Shown: positions 18,251 to 26,793 of the stretch, piece by piece
Position numbering within the stretch: the first letter of the stretch is position 1
Layout: the number at the start of each line of letters is the position of its first letter
IMG/VR virus record: IMGVR_UViG_3300037069_000769
Location: 1 to 64,000 of that record
Length of the DNA stretch: 64,000 bases
Source: a virus
Direction: 5' to 3' (one strand)
Translations under genes and position numbers: made by a program
The notes under the pieces: generated by a model
Databases searched by the model: none
What the model was told of the DNA's origin: nothing
Seen by the model: only the letters and a program-made list of their open reading frames with translations

Positions 18251-19165
18251 ATGCGGAACTTTGTGTTCGTGCTGCTGTTGATCGTAGGATGCAACTATCA
18301 GACTACGAGTGCTGGATCACTTGTGGATTCTGCTGATGCAGTGGCCTACGTCGCCGTAGATTTTGCATTTATCGATCTGGATGCGTCACCTATTCCGAAG
18401 AAACCGGTTACTCCTGATTCTGGAGGACGAGGTGCGTACAAATCCCCAGCTAAGGCAGTGCAAACGTTTGCAAATCCTACTGCGGCGGATGACGATTGCC
18501 CAACTTGTCCTCCTGCAAAGAAAAAGCCGGTACGTCGAGCGTACTTTTATAGTGCGACATGGTGCGAACCGTGTATCCCCGTGCAGGTGGCTCTGAAGCG
18601 GATTGCTAAGGAGAAGGGGCTTAAGTTTGGGGAGTACAACGATAGGGCGTCGGATGACGTTGAGCATGTTGATATTGATCGAGATAAGATTAAGAAGAAA
18701 ATTCTCGATGTGCCAACCCTCATTATCTACGACGGATTGGAGGAGGTGTGGAGGGGGTCGGGTAAGTCCGATCTGACCTACGGTGCGATGAAGGCTGCAT
18801 TTGAGTTGCCCTCAGCGGTGAAGGATACGCCACCCAAGGTCTCCATGTTTAACAAGATGCAGGGAATCTACCAATCCCGCTGGTCTTGGCCCGGTAAGCA
18901 GTGGGCGGGAACGTGTACTTTGTCCTTGCAGAATTTGGAGTCCCATCTGCACGGATCAATTCACCACTTGAACACTGAGGGTATGACCTACGGTCAAATG
19001 CTCCAGTATCATGATAGCTGGCATAGTACGTACGGGCCGCGAAGTAGCCGCCCCGAGACGGCTGCGAGGGGAGCGGCTCAATCGTCTACTAGCAGCCGAC
19101 GTATTTTTTCGTTCCGGAGTGGCAACTGCCCCAACGGACGTTGCCCGACTCGAAGGAGAGCGTAA
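18251..19165 (+). CDS. Thioredoxin-domain lipoprotein
   Basis: Lipobox IVG-C, FYSATWCEPC, VPTLII cis-Pro motif, C-terminal CPNGRCP. Confidence 0.78.
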   Translation: MRNFVFVLLLIVGCNYQTTSAGSLVDSADAVAYVAVDFAFIDLDASPIPKKPVTPDSGGRGAYKSPAKAVQTFANPTAADDDCPTCPPAKKKPVRRAYFYSATWCEPCIPVQVALKRIAKEKGLKFGEYNDRASDDVEHVDIDRDKIKKKILDVPTLIIYDGLEEVWRGSGKSDLTYGAMKAAFELPSAVKDTPPKVSMFNKMQGIYQSRWSWPGKQWAGTCTLSLQNLESHLHGSIHHLNTEGMTYGQMLQYHDSWHSTYGPRSSRPETAARGAAQSSTSSRRIFSFRSGNCPNGRCPTRRRA

Positions 19166-19485
19166 TGCCTAGACCTGTTCAAGGCTTCAACCTTGGAAGT
19201 TGGTATGAAATCAAGAATATCCGTCCCAGTCTCGATATGGTTATCGAGTACTTAAAGGGCGGGAAGCAGTTGGCTCCGGGAGTAACGTTTGAGGCTCACA
19301 GTCAGCTTAACATGAGCGTCTCTCTTGACGGGGAAACGATCAATGTTACTTTTGAAGAACCTCACCCGCAAATCAAGACTCCCATCGGGCTGAAGCCTAA
19401 AATTCTCGGAGCCGTGATTACCAAGAACTCGGTGACCCTTAAGGTGACTCAGTTCCCTGACCCGACTCTCAAGGTGGTGTCATAA
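19165..19485 (+). CDS. Hypothetical protein
   Basis: TAATG coupling at both ends. Confidence 0.65.
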   Translation: MPRPVQGFNLGSWYEIKNIRPSLDMVIEYLKGGKQLAPGVTFEAHSQLNMSVSLDGETINVTFEEPHPQIKTPIGLKPKILGAVITKNSVTLKVTQFPDPTLKVVS

Positions 19486-19886
19486 TGCCCGAAGTTGGGA
19501 TGTATCCCCAGAGTGCTGCGGTAGGGGATGTGCAGGATTGGATCGTAGCTAATGGTAGGTATAAGGGGGCTAAAGCCGAGCATGCTCGCTCGATTTCGTC
19601 GATGGCCCACGAGTACATTGCTCAGAATGCGGGCGGGTACGATCCCAACTCTCGGGCTGATCGCAAAGCGTTTGCTAAAGATTTGAAGACGTACTTAAGG
19701 GCTAACTACCCACCTAAGCAGGGTGGTCCTAAGCCTGTTGGGTTTATCTTCGAGAGCGTCATTCTGATGGCGATAATCTCGTTTGTGGTGCAGAAAATTT
19801 GCGAATGGTTGTGGGAGAGGTACTGGCACAATGTCTCACAGATGAGGCAAGGTTATGGTATGAGCCCCCTGCAAAATTCGCAGTAA
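19485..19886 (+). CDS. Hypothetical protein with C-terminal hydrophobic helix
   Basis: VGFIFESVILMAIISFVVQKICEWLW. Confidence 0.65.
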   Translation: MPEVGMYPQSAAVGDVQDWIVANGRYKGAKAEHARSISSMAHEYIAQNAGGYDPNSRADRKAFAKDLKTYLRANYPPKQGGPKPVGFIFESVILMAIISFVVQKICEWLWERYWHNVSQMRQGYGMSPLQNSQ

Positions 19887-19893
19887 ATCTCTA

Positions 19894-19922
19894 TTGACAT
19901 TCTTTCGACGTTTTGATATAAT
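19894..19922 (+). promoter_or_regulatory. Consensus sigma70-type promoter
   Basis: TTGACA-17-TATAAT with TG extension. Confidence 0.88.
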
Positions 19923-19942
19923 AAAAAGAAAGGTCGAAAACG

Positions 19943-20167
19943 ATGTCAAACGAGCTTGCAGTTCCCCGATTTTTTGGAGGGCATGAGGCAACGGAGCAGG
20001 ATGTCGATCTTCTCATGTATCTTTTATTCTTGACCTTGAGTGATCCGGGTCGGCATGAGGTTATGAGAGTGGTGGACGATCTCGGAGACCTTGGTAGACC
20101 TCCTGTGGAAAAAATGCGGGCGATCATCGCAGTTGCGAACGATCTCCCATTTGTCGGGGAATTATGA
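19943..20167 (+). CDS. Hypothetical protein
   Basis: Directly after the promoter. AAAGG SD upstream. Confidence 0.55.
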   Translation: MSNELAVPRFFGGHEATEQDVDLLMYLLFLTLSDPGRHEVMRVVDDLGDLGRPPVEKMRAIIAVANDLPFVGEL

Positions 20168-20319
20168 GTTTAGGCATGGTATTTGCACTATAATCGTACG
20201 GTGCAAACGTTTGCAAAACCTGTAGCTGTAGCTTACTGTGAACAATTCGCTCACTAATTCAGGCGGAGTCTTACCCCAACGTGGGGCAGGGCTCTGCCTT
20301 TCACAGTTTAAGGGCTGCT

Positions 20320-20925
20320 ATGTTTTGTCTTCCAGACAAGGAAATGGTCGTTTTCGATTTGGAGACGACCGATCACCAAGTAGCGGACGCAGCGGGAGTG
20401 GTTCCCGATATTGTTGAGGTTGGGGCTCTGCATATTGACAGACACTTTGAAATTTTGGGGAAGTTCGAGACTCTGGTATGCCCTAGTAACTTGGACTCCT
20501 TTACAGAGTTCTCCGAGGAACTGACCGGAATCCGGCGGAAGGATTTGGAGACTGCCCCCTCGTGGTCTGACGTATGCAGCAAGTTTACCAAATTTACGAG
20601 AGGTATGGGTCTTAAGCTCTGTTCGTGGGGAATAGGCAAAGACATTGCGACACTTGAGTCGGCTTACAAGCGAAGGAGAATTCACTACCCCCACAATTAC
20701 GTCACCATTGATGCTTTGTCTATCATGTATGGCTACTGCATGCAGACTGGCGTCAACGTAGGAGGATGGGGTCTGCGAGCAGCCTGTAGCAGATTTAACG
20801 TCCAGCGTAAGGTTAAGCATAGGGCATTGCCTGACGCATTGGCGGTGGTGCATCTGTTTAAGGCTCTTGCGGACTTGTGTGACGAGGATGATACGCAGAC
20901 GGATTACAAAATCCATTGCGTATAG
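20320..20925 (+). CDS. DEDDh 3'-5' exonuclease (DnaQ/RNase T-like)
   Basis: VFDLETT, LTGI, HRALPDA. Confidence 0.9.
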   Translation: MFCLPDKEMVVFDLETTDHQVADAAGVVPDIVEVGALHIDRHFEILGKFETLVCPSNLDSFTEFSEELTGIRRKDLETAPSWSDVCSKFTKFTRGMGLKLCSWGIGKDIATLESAYKRRRIHYPHNYVTIDALSIMYGYCMQTGVNVGGWGLRAACSRFNVQRKVKHRALPDALAVVHLFKALADLCDEDDTQTDYKIHCV

Positions 20926-20975
20926 AGACGAAGGGCAATAGCACCTGCCCGCTTCCCCTAAGCAAAGGTCACAGG

Positions 20976-21455
20976 ATGTATCGGGACGAAGTACCCAACT
21001 CGGTGCGGAGACTGCCGAAAGAGGAGCGTATACGCTACTACGAGCGGCAAGTTTCTCGTGTTTTGCCCGCTATGACTTTCATTGAGTGGCTGCATACAGG
21101 CTACACTCCGGAAGAGATGCGGGAAAAGCTGGTTGAAATCCGGGCGGAAATGCGAGAGGTCGAAGCTCGGATCGCCGTGCTAACCTCCTCTGACATGCAG
21201 GATTTGAAGAGTGATTTGGAAACTCACGTTTCCGAGATTCGTCAGATCATCAAATGCCGCACGATGATTTTAATCGGCAAGCCTGACTGCTCTGGCACCA
21301 ATTACCCGAATAACGTGCAAGAACTTACGAACTTGCTGAATCGTCGGGTGGCTGAGGCTCGGGCCGTCGAGGATAGGATCACTACTGTGTGTGCGGCGTT
21401 GCGGATCGATCCTAAACCGCACTTGATGCTGCACAAGGTCATGGTTCGGAGATAG
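20976..21455 (+). CDS. Hypothetical coiled-coil protein
   Basis: ORF in operon context. Confidence 0.6.
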   Translation: MYRDEVPNSVRRLPKEERIRYYERQVSRVLPAMTFIEWLHTGYTPEEMREKLVEIRAEMREVEARIAVLTSSDMQDLKSDLETHVSEIRQIIKCRTMILIGKPDCSGTNYPNNVQELTNLLNRRVAEARAVEDRITTVCAALRIDPKPHLMLHKVMVRR

Positions 21456-21456
21456 C

Positions 21457-21924
21457 ATGTTTGGATGGCTTTTCCCTAAGCGAAGCGTATCTGTTCAGAT
21501 TGGGTTTGGTGAGGCGTGTGATCGTCTTACTATTTTGCAGTTGAAGATCGATCACGCTACCAGTGACGTTCGGAAACTGCTTACGCGAGAGTTTGCGTTG
21601 ATCCATGCTCAGTTGTACCACGCTGGATTTTTTAGCGTGCCTTACGTGCAAACGTTTGCACTTGAGCTAGCTCAAATCAATCGAGAGCTTTGGTATACTG
21701 AGAATCAGATACGCGAGTTAGGTGGGGACGGAGCCTACGATCCCGAGCATGCAAAACATCTTCTTTGGTGCGAGGCCGCTCGTCGGGTTTACACTAAAAA
21801 CGGCGAGCGTGCCTCGTGTAAGAGGAGCATTGATAACGTTATGCAGTCAAAGGTCATGGAGGTCAAACTTTACGGGAGCAGTAATGACAGAAGTGGACAC
21901 TCGGGTGAGAAATCTCCTAGCTAG
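21457..21924 (+). CDS. DUF6165-like protein
   Basis: GEACDRLTILQLK...INRELWYTENQIR...ARRVYTKNGERA..KR.I pattern, recalled from the DUF6165 family. Confidence 0.65.
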   Translation: MFGWLFPKRSVSVQIGFGEACDRLTILQLKIDHATSDVRKLLTREFALIHAQLYHAGFFSVPYVQTFALELAQINRELWYTENQIRELGGDGAYDPEHAKHLLWCEAARRVYTKNGERASCKRSIDNVMQSKVMEVKLYGSSNDRSGHSGEKSPS

Positions 21925-22225
21925 TAAGCCTGAAGTTGGAGATGTTCTCACCTCAAAGGATGGGGAAAGCGTACCCGTCACTATCGATGTTCGTCCAGAT
22001 TCAGGTAAAGGTGTGACTGAAGTCTGGTTCGTGAATGCCTGTGTTGATCCCGAAGGTACTGGCTGGTATTTATCATCCGTGTCTCGGGGTTTGAAGATTT
22101 TGATTTCTCTCACATCACAAGATGTGCTTCGGGAGAAGTTTGGGCAAAACCTCATCACCGTTGTTTCTCTGAAAGTCGTGCGTAAGACGCCCAAGGGCAC
22201 GGCATTGATTGCGGAGTTAGCATGA
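21884..22225 (+). CDS. Hypothetical protein
   Basis: GGAG SD upstream of ATG at 21884. Confidence 0.6.
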   Translation: MTEVDTRVRNLLASKPEVGDVLTSKDGESVPVTIDVRPDSGKGVTEVWFVNACVDPEGTGWYLSSVSRGLKILISLTSQDVLREKFGQNLITVVSLKVVRKTPKGTALIAELA

Positions 22226-22647
22226 ACATTCAAATGTACGGCCTGCGGGAGCTTCCCAAGGAAGTTCGTACCAGCTTCACCTTGCCGGGCAATCCGTATT
22301 GTCTGACTAACCGGGATACCCTGAAGTACCTCTCTGACCTTGGTATCTTCTTCTACCGGGATGAGCTTAACGGAACTGCCGTTTTGATTCCCACCCCCGA
22401 AGGTGAGAGCATTCACCAGCGAAATGACTTTTCGGCGTTCAAGTTTGCGTGTATCGTTTCTGAGCCTGATAGGGATTGTAATCATCAGGTGCCGATGTCT
22501 GTAGCTCGGTGGCCTGCGACCTCTGAGGATCGTAGGCAAGCTGTGGCTGAGTATGAGGCTCGTCACGGTGACGACCGTGTGTGGCTGGAGTGGAATAAAC
22601 CTGTCCAAGTTAAGGAGCTGGATACCTCGCGAGTTCAACTCCTGTAG
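22222..22647 (+). CDS. Hypothetical protein
   Basis: ATGA overlap with the previous gene. Confidence 0.65.
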   Translation: MNIQMYGLRELPKEVRTSFTLPGNPYCLTNRDTLKYLSDLGIFFYRDELNGTAVLIPTPEGESIHQRNDFSAFKFACIVSEPDRDCNHQVPMSVARWPATSEDRRQAVAEYEARHGDDRVWLEWNKPVQVKELDTSRVQLL

Positions 22648-22658
22648 GGTGACTTGAG

Positions 22659-23207
22659 TTGAGTCGAGATGGCCTGAGTACGATGAGAGAACCCGATCAA
22701 GAATCTCTTGTGTACCTTAAGGGGTTTGCACCCTTTGAGGTCCATATTACCCAAAACCCTCATGAACCCTCTCACGAGGAACAAAGACTTGGGGGATTTC
22801 GATGCGAGTTGTGCGGTGCCATAGTAACGCTGATTGCCGTATGCAAGACGCAGCGGCTACCGGGTAAAGAGTTTTATTGTTGCTTGGGACTCTGTGCTGA
22901 AAGATTGCTCGGGGCATCACAGTATGTGAAGGTGTGCGGGCAGTCTGTCGATCTTTCAACAACGGATAAGAGCCTTCTCAGCGAGCTATCTCCTGAGGAG
23001 GCTCTTGCGTTAGTAGGCTCTAAGGAAGCCGCCCATGTTGCTCGTTTGGCACAAGGGTTTGAAAACTCTCGAATTTCCTTGACTTCTCCGGGAATCGTAG
23101 GTATACTAACACAATACCGACGATGCGGAATTTTAAGTCGGGGTCAGTTTCTTACGTTGTGGCAATACGTGTCAGCTTGTGGAAAGGAATTGAAGTGTCG
23201 AAGTTAA
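22659..23207 (+). CDS. Hypothetical protein with Cys motifs (possible Zn finger)
   Basis: CELCG...CLGLCAE. Confidence 0.55.
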   Translation: MSRDGLSTMREPDQESLVYLKGFAPFEVHITQNPHEPSHEEQRLGGFRCELCGAIVTLIAVCKTQRLPGKEFYCCLGLCAERLLGASQYVKVCGQSVDLSTTDKSLLSELSPEEALALVGSKEAAHVARLAQGFENSRISLTSPGIVGILTQYRRCGILSRGQFLTLWQYVSACGKELKCRS

Positions 23208-23677
23208 AAGATATTCCGTCAAACCCGGAAGACCTGAAAGCTTACTACAAAAAGCTCAAGGATAAGGAGCTTCGGCTGGAGGGCGACCTCGCAATTAACG
23301 ATGATCCCGACTTGGAGGATGCCATTATGGGCATCATCCTTGCACTGCATGATGTGAAGGAGATCGATAGCAAGATTCGGGTAGTGGAGCGGCCCAGTGC
23401 GGATGTTGAGAGTCGGATCGTTGCTCTCAAGGGTCAAGTTGCTCTGTACGAATCCAGACTTGAGGCTGTGAAGGCCACCCTTAAGGAGTTGGAAAGCGGT
23501 GGCGGTAAATTCCATCGGATGAGTGGGGATTACGTCACTGCTCTCAAGAACCTGCGGGATCAGGTGCTGAAATGGAAGGACCGCTTCGAGGCTCAGGGAG
23601 TAAATCTACTTGAGCTGATTCCCACTCTGTCGGAGTTCGCGGCAAAATTCGACAGTTTGCCGGAGGAAACCGCGTAA
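23195..23677 (+). CDS. Hypothetical coiled-coil protein
   Basis: AAGGA SD before GTG at 23195. Confidence 0.62.
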   Translation: MSKLKDIPSNPEDLKAYYKKLKDKELRLEGDLAINDDPDLEDAIMGIILALHDVKEIDSKIRVVERPSADVESRIVALKGQVALYESRLEAVKATLKELESGGGKFHRMSGDYVTALKNLRDQVLKWKDRFEAQGVNLLELIPTLSEFAAKFDSLPEETA

Positions 23678-23684
23678 AATCCTC

Positions 23685-23713
23685 TTGACTTACTCGCCAA
23701 TTTGAGGTATAAT
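23685..23713 (+). promoter_or_regulatory. sigma70-type promoter
   Basis: TTGACT-17-TATAAT. Confidence 0.82.
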
Positions 23714-23759
23714 ACAACCTACAAATCGGCCACCAACCCAACCACGAGGAGACGGGTAA

Positions 23760-24029
23760 ATGGCGGGAGTATTAGAACGTCGTCGGATGCTCAAGGAGAT
23801 TGTTGACGACTTGAAGGACGGATGTGCCGTTTTCGAGTATTCAGTGCCTGAATTGGCAGCCCTTGCTGGAGTCAGTCCCACGACAGTGTATCGCCTCTTT
23901 GAGGGGACCACAAAATACCCACGATTTGAGACGCTGGTGAAGATCGCCGATGTGCTGAACTATGCGATCTATTTCCAGAAGAAGACTGTGCCCCTTTCTC
24001 GGGCAAAGAAGACGGCTAAGATCGGGTAG
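23760..24029 (+). CDS. XRE-family HTH DNA-binding protein
   Basis: SVPELAALAGVSPTTVYRLFEGTTKYPRFETLVKIADVL. Confidence 0.88.
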   Translation: MAGVLERRRMLKEIVDDLKDGCAVFEYSVPELAALAGVSPTTVYRLFEGTTKYPRFETLVKIADVLNYAIYFQKKTVPLSRAKKTAKIG

Positions 24030-24129
24030 CGTCCGCCGATCCTTTGAACCTGATCCCGAACCTCTGGAGTAGTCATGCCGTTTCCGTAGCTACGAGGAGC
24101 CAAGTGTACTATGGTAAGTATAATAGTTT

Positions 24130-24570
24130 GAAATCCAAATCACGTCCCTACGGTTTGGTGACAGAAGGTGAAGTGCGAGGCTCATGAGAGTGAGCCGGGA
24201 GTGGTTGTGTGAGATTGTCATCACAATGACCCGAGTGAGTATTTAAGTGCTGTAGGCCAACTATGAGGTTAATCCCAGATATGATCTGTATATTGACCTA
24301 ACCTTGCAGCTACTCAAGTGGCTCGGCGGGATGTCAGGGGTGAACTGACCGCACTTTGACTGAAGTCGTATCCGGAATCCCGGAGAGTAGTGACCAAAGC
24401 ACGAGAGAACGAGAAACTGCTTTGAATTTTACCTTTTGGAGGTGTGTGATGAAGTAGTTCGCTAAAACCGTCGGTGAGGCAGTCTTCGCAAAGGTCAGCA
24501 CGCTAGTCTGTTATAAGGAGGTGCCACTATGAGCATTTCGCAGAGTTTGCAAAGCGTGCTGACCTTTTTA
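24130..24570 (+). ncRNA. Putative large structured non-coding RNA
   Basis: ORF-free ~570-nt gap containing at least 10 nested helices found by eye, including a GNRA-capped hairpin and long-range closing stems. Confidence 0.65.
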
Positions 24571-24601
24571 CTTTTGCAAACGTTTGCACGAAAGGATACT
24601 C

Positions 24602-25093
24602 ATGTCGGAAGTACCCGACACCTCAGCACCTGAATCCGTTGCTCCCTTTGAGTCTGGTCCCGTATCGAGTGACGGGAGCTTGCTGCCCGAGACTGCGGGG
24701 ACGCCGGCAGAGCCCGCCAAACCTTCGGCACCGCGAGTGTCCGAGGTGGGAGTTCGGGAGCATATCGCACGCCTGACCGGCGATTTGCCCGCCAGAATTA
24801 AGCATCTGGAAGAGATGGCTCGAAGTGAGAAGCACGCCATCGATTCCAAGTGCAAGGCTCAGGCTCATTCGGAGAAGGCCGAAGTTGACCGCCGACTTCG
24901 CGAGGATAAGAAGACTCTCCGCAAGGCCATGAATACGGCCCTCAGTCAGTGGAATGCGGTGCTGGTCAAGTTGGAGAAAGACCCGCACCCCCTGTTTGAG
25001 GAGGAAGATTGGGAAACACCTCCCGGAGGAGCGTCCGAGACGCCGGACCTGAGAGACCCGGCAAAAACCGAACCTGAGGTCTCAGCTCCCTGA
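24602..25093 (+). CDS. Hypothetical protein (Pro-rich disordered ends, helical core)
   Basis: AAGGA SD upstream of ATG at 24602. Confidence 0.65.
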   Translation: MSEVPDTSAPESVAPFESGPVSSDGSLLPETAGTPAEPAKPSAPRVSEVGVREHIARLTGDLPARIKHLEEMARSEKHAIDSKCKAQAHSEKAEVDRRLREDKKTLRKAMNTALSQWNAVLVKLEKDPHPLFEEEDWETPPGGASETPDLRDPAKTEPEVSAP

Positions 25094-25120
25094 TTTGTCA
25101 CATCAAGCATCCTACCCCGT

Positions 25121-25157
25121 GGAGGGCATCGATTCGGTCGGTGCCCTCCTTCTTTTT
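25121..25157 (+). terminator. Intrinsic terminator
   Basis: GGAGGGCATCGA-loop-TCGGTGCCCTCC followed by TTCTTTTT. Confidence 0.8.
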
Positions 25158-25167
25158 GTAATTCACC

Positions 25168-25196
25168 TTGACACCGAAAGTCGGGTGAGGTATACT
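25168..25196 (+). promoter_or_regulatory. sigma70-type promoter upstream of the csrA-like gene
   Basis: TTGACA-17-TATACT. Confidence 0.82.
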
Positions 25197-25235
25197 TAAA
25201 TTCGTTCGGTTACTATTTTTTGAAAGGAGTCTGCA

Positions 25236-25547
25236 ATGTTGGTGCTCTCTCGGAAGAAGGATGAACGGGTTGCTGTTACTCTTGAGTCTATGATTCGCAA
25301 GCTTGCTAAGGAGGTGTACGACAGAAGTAAGCGGGGCGAAAGTCTCGCCGACATTCAGGACGACCTGATCGCTAACGGTGAGCGTCTCAGTATCGTTTGC
25401 GTTGAACTTCGCGGAGATAAGGTCCGCTTGGGCTTCGAGGCCAGTCGGGACTGGACTATTCACCGGGATGAGGTTCAAGCTGCGGTGGATAAGGAGAAGA
25501 CGGATGTCGAGCATAGCTCTGCTAACCTTTGCGAAGAATCACGCTGA
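25236..25547 (+). CDS. csrA: CsrA/RsmA-family translational regulator with internal insertion
   Basis: MLVLSRKKDE... and ...VELRGDKVRLGFEASRDWTIHRDEV match the CsrA signature. About 30 extra residues lie between them. Confidence 0.85.
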   Translation: MLVLSRKKDERVAVTLESMIRKLAKEVYDRSKRGESLADIQDDLIANGERLSIVCVELRGDKVRLGFEASRDWTIHRDEVQAAVDKEKTDVEHSSANLCEESR

Positions 25548-26160
25548 GCATGGGTCAAACTACGTCGATATGGTGAGACCCTGCTTAGACAGCCGTAGAT
25601 CGTATGCTGCAAAGCACGGGTTTACTCTGTATGATGATGTTCTCCCTTACTACGATCCGACGAGACCTGCGTCATGGTCGAAGCTTCGGATGATTGCTGC
25701 GGTTCTGCACAAGCACGAGTGGGTATTTTGGTCTGATGCAGACGTGCTGGTCACTGAATCCGGAGTTCGGATTGAGGACATTTTGTCGTGGTTTGACACT
25801 TCCAAGGACTTCATCATCGCGGAGGATTTGGGCGGAGTTCCTGTAAATTGCGGGAACTTTTTTGTGAGGAATAGTCCGTGGGCTCACGAATTCCTCAAAC
25901 GGTGGTGGGATCAGACCCACATGATAAACTCCGAATGGTGGGAGCAATCGGCCCTGATCGAGTTATTGAAGACTCCTGAAGTTCGGGAACACTTTCAGAT
26001 TACTCAGGATCGAAGAATGTTTAACGCTTACCCCAAGGAGCGATTTAACACACCTTCTGATTTAGCTTGGCAGCCGGGTGACTTCCAGTTGCACATTTCA
26101 GGGGTACGGGGCCAAGAGTTCGTGAACATTCTTAATCTGTATCTTCCGCAGTGTAGGTGA
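25504..26160 (+). CDS. GT34 (MNN10/GMA12-like) glycosyltransferase
   Basis: SWSKL, WVFWSDADVL (DxD), NCGNFFVRNS, WEQSAL. Confidence 0.82.
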   Translation: MSSIALLTFAKNHAEHGSNYVDMVRPCLDSRRSYAAKHGFTLYDDVLPYYDPTRPASWSKLRMIAAVLHKHEWVFWSDADVLVTESGVRIEDILSWFDTSKDFIIAEDLGGVPVNCGNFFVRNSPWAHEFLKRWWDQTHMINSEWWEQSALIELLKTPEVREHFQITQDRRMFNAYPKERFNTPSDLAWQPGDFQLHISGVRGQEFVNILNLYLPQCR

Positions 26161-26163
26161 GTA

Positions 26164-26784
26164 ATGTACTGGCGGGAATTGCTTAAGTACGCGGAGCATG
26201 ATCTCAAGTGGGCTATGGATGAGCTTCATATTGAGTGGCTCCGAGAAATTCTTGGTTTCGGATTTAAGAGAACGTTGGAGATTGGTAGCTATAACGGCTC
26301 CAGTTTGACAGCGTTTCTTGATGCGAAGAGTTGTGGAGATGTTACGGAGGTCCATGTCTGCGATGTTCATGTACGGCAGCCGTTACTCCACGTCATAGCT
26401 GCGTCTGAGATTGAAGTAATCCTGCATCAGCGAAGAAGTGTGGACCTTCTCACTGAGGATTCAAATTTTGAGTTCGTGCTTGTGGATGGGGATCATTCGA
26501 TTGAGAATGTTCGTAAGGAGATGACTCTCCTACTGGCGTCTGGGGTCGAGAGCATCTTTGTCCACGATACTACGGCTCGGGTAGCTAAGTATCCTCATGT
26601 GGAGGGTAGTGAGATAGCTAAGACTATGCTCATGGGCTCTCCGGCTTACTACTGTCTGGAGGACTCAATTCCTCGACCGGGGATGGCGACAGACAGAGGA
26701 GCACTTTTTGCAACTCAATATGCTGATATTTTTGAGTATGCTCGGAGTGCGTATTACGAGATTTTTTGCAAACGTTTGCACTGA
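26164..26784 (+). CDS. Class I SAM methyltransferase (Methyltransf_24-like)
   Basis: LEIGSYNGSS, FVLVDGDHS, VHD. Confidence 0.82.
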   Translation: MYWRELLKYAEHDLKWAMDELHIEWLREILGFGFKRTLEIGSYNGSSLTAFLDAKSCGDVTEVHVCDVHVRQPLLHVIAASEIEVILHQRRSVDLLTEDSNFEFVLVDGDHSIENVRKEMTLLLASGVESIFVHDTTARVAKYPHVEGSEIAKTMLMGSPAYYCLEDSIPRPGMATDRGALFATQYADIFEYARSAYYEIFCKRLH

Positions 26785-26793
26785 AAGGCAGAC

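Noticed and set aside
24014-24070. TPP riboswitch (CCTTTGAACCTGATC resembles its core)
   Set aside because: Lacks the CTGAGA element (reads CTAAGA, inside a CDS), the TAAT loop and the GCGxAGGGA 3' strand, and no thiamine gene follows
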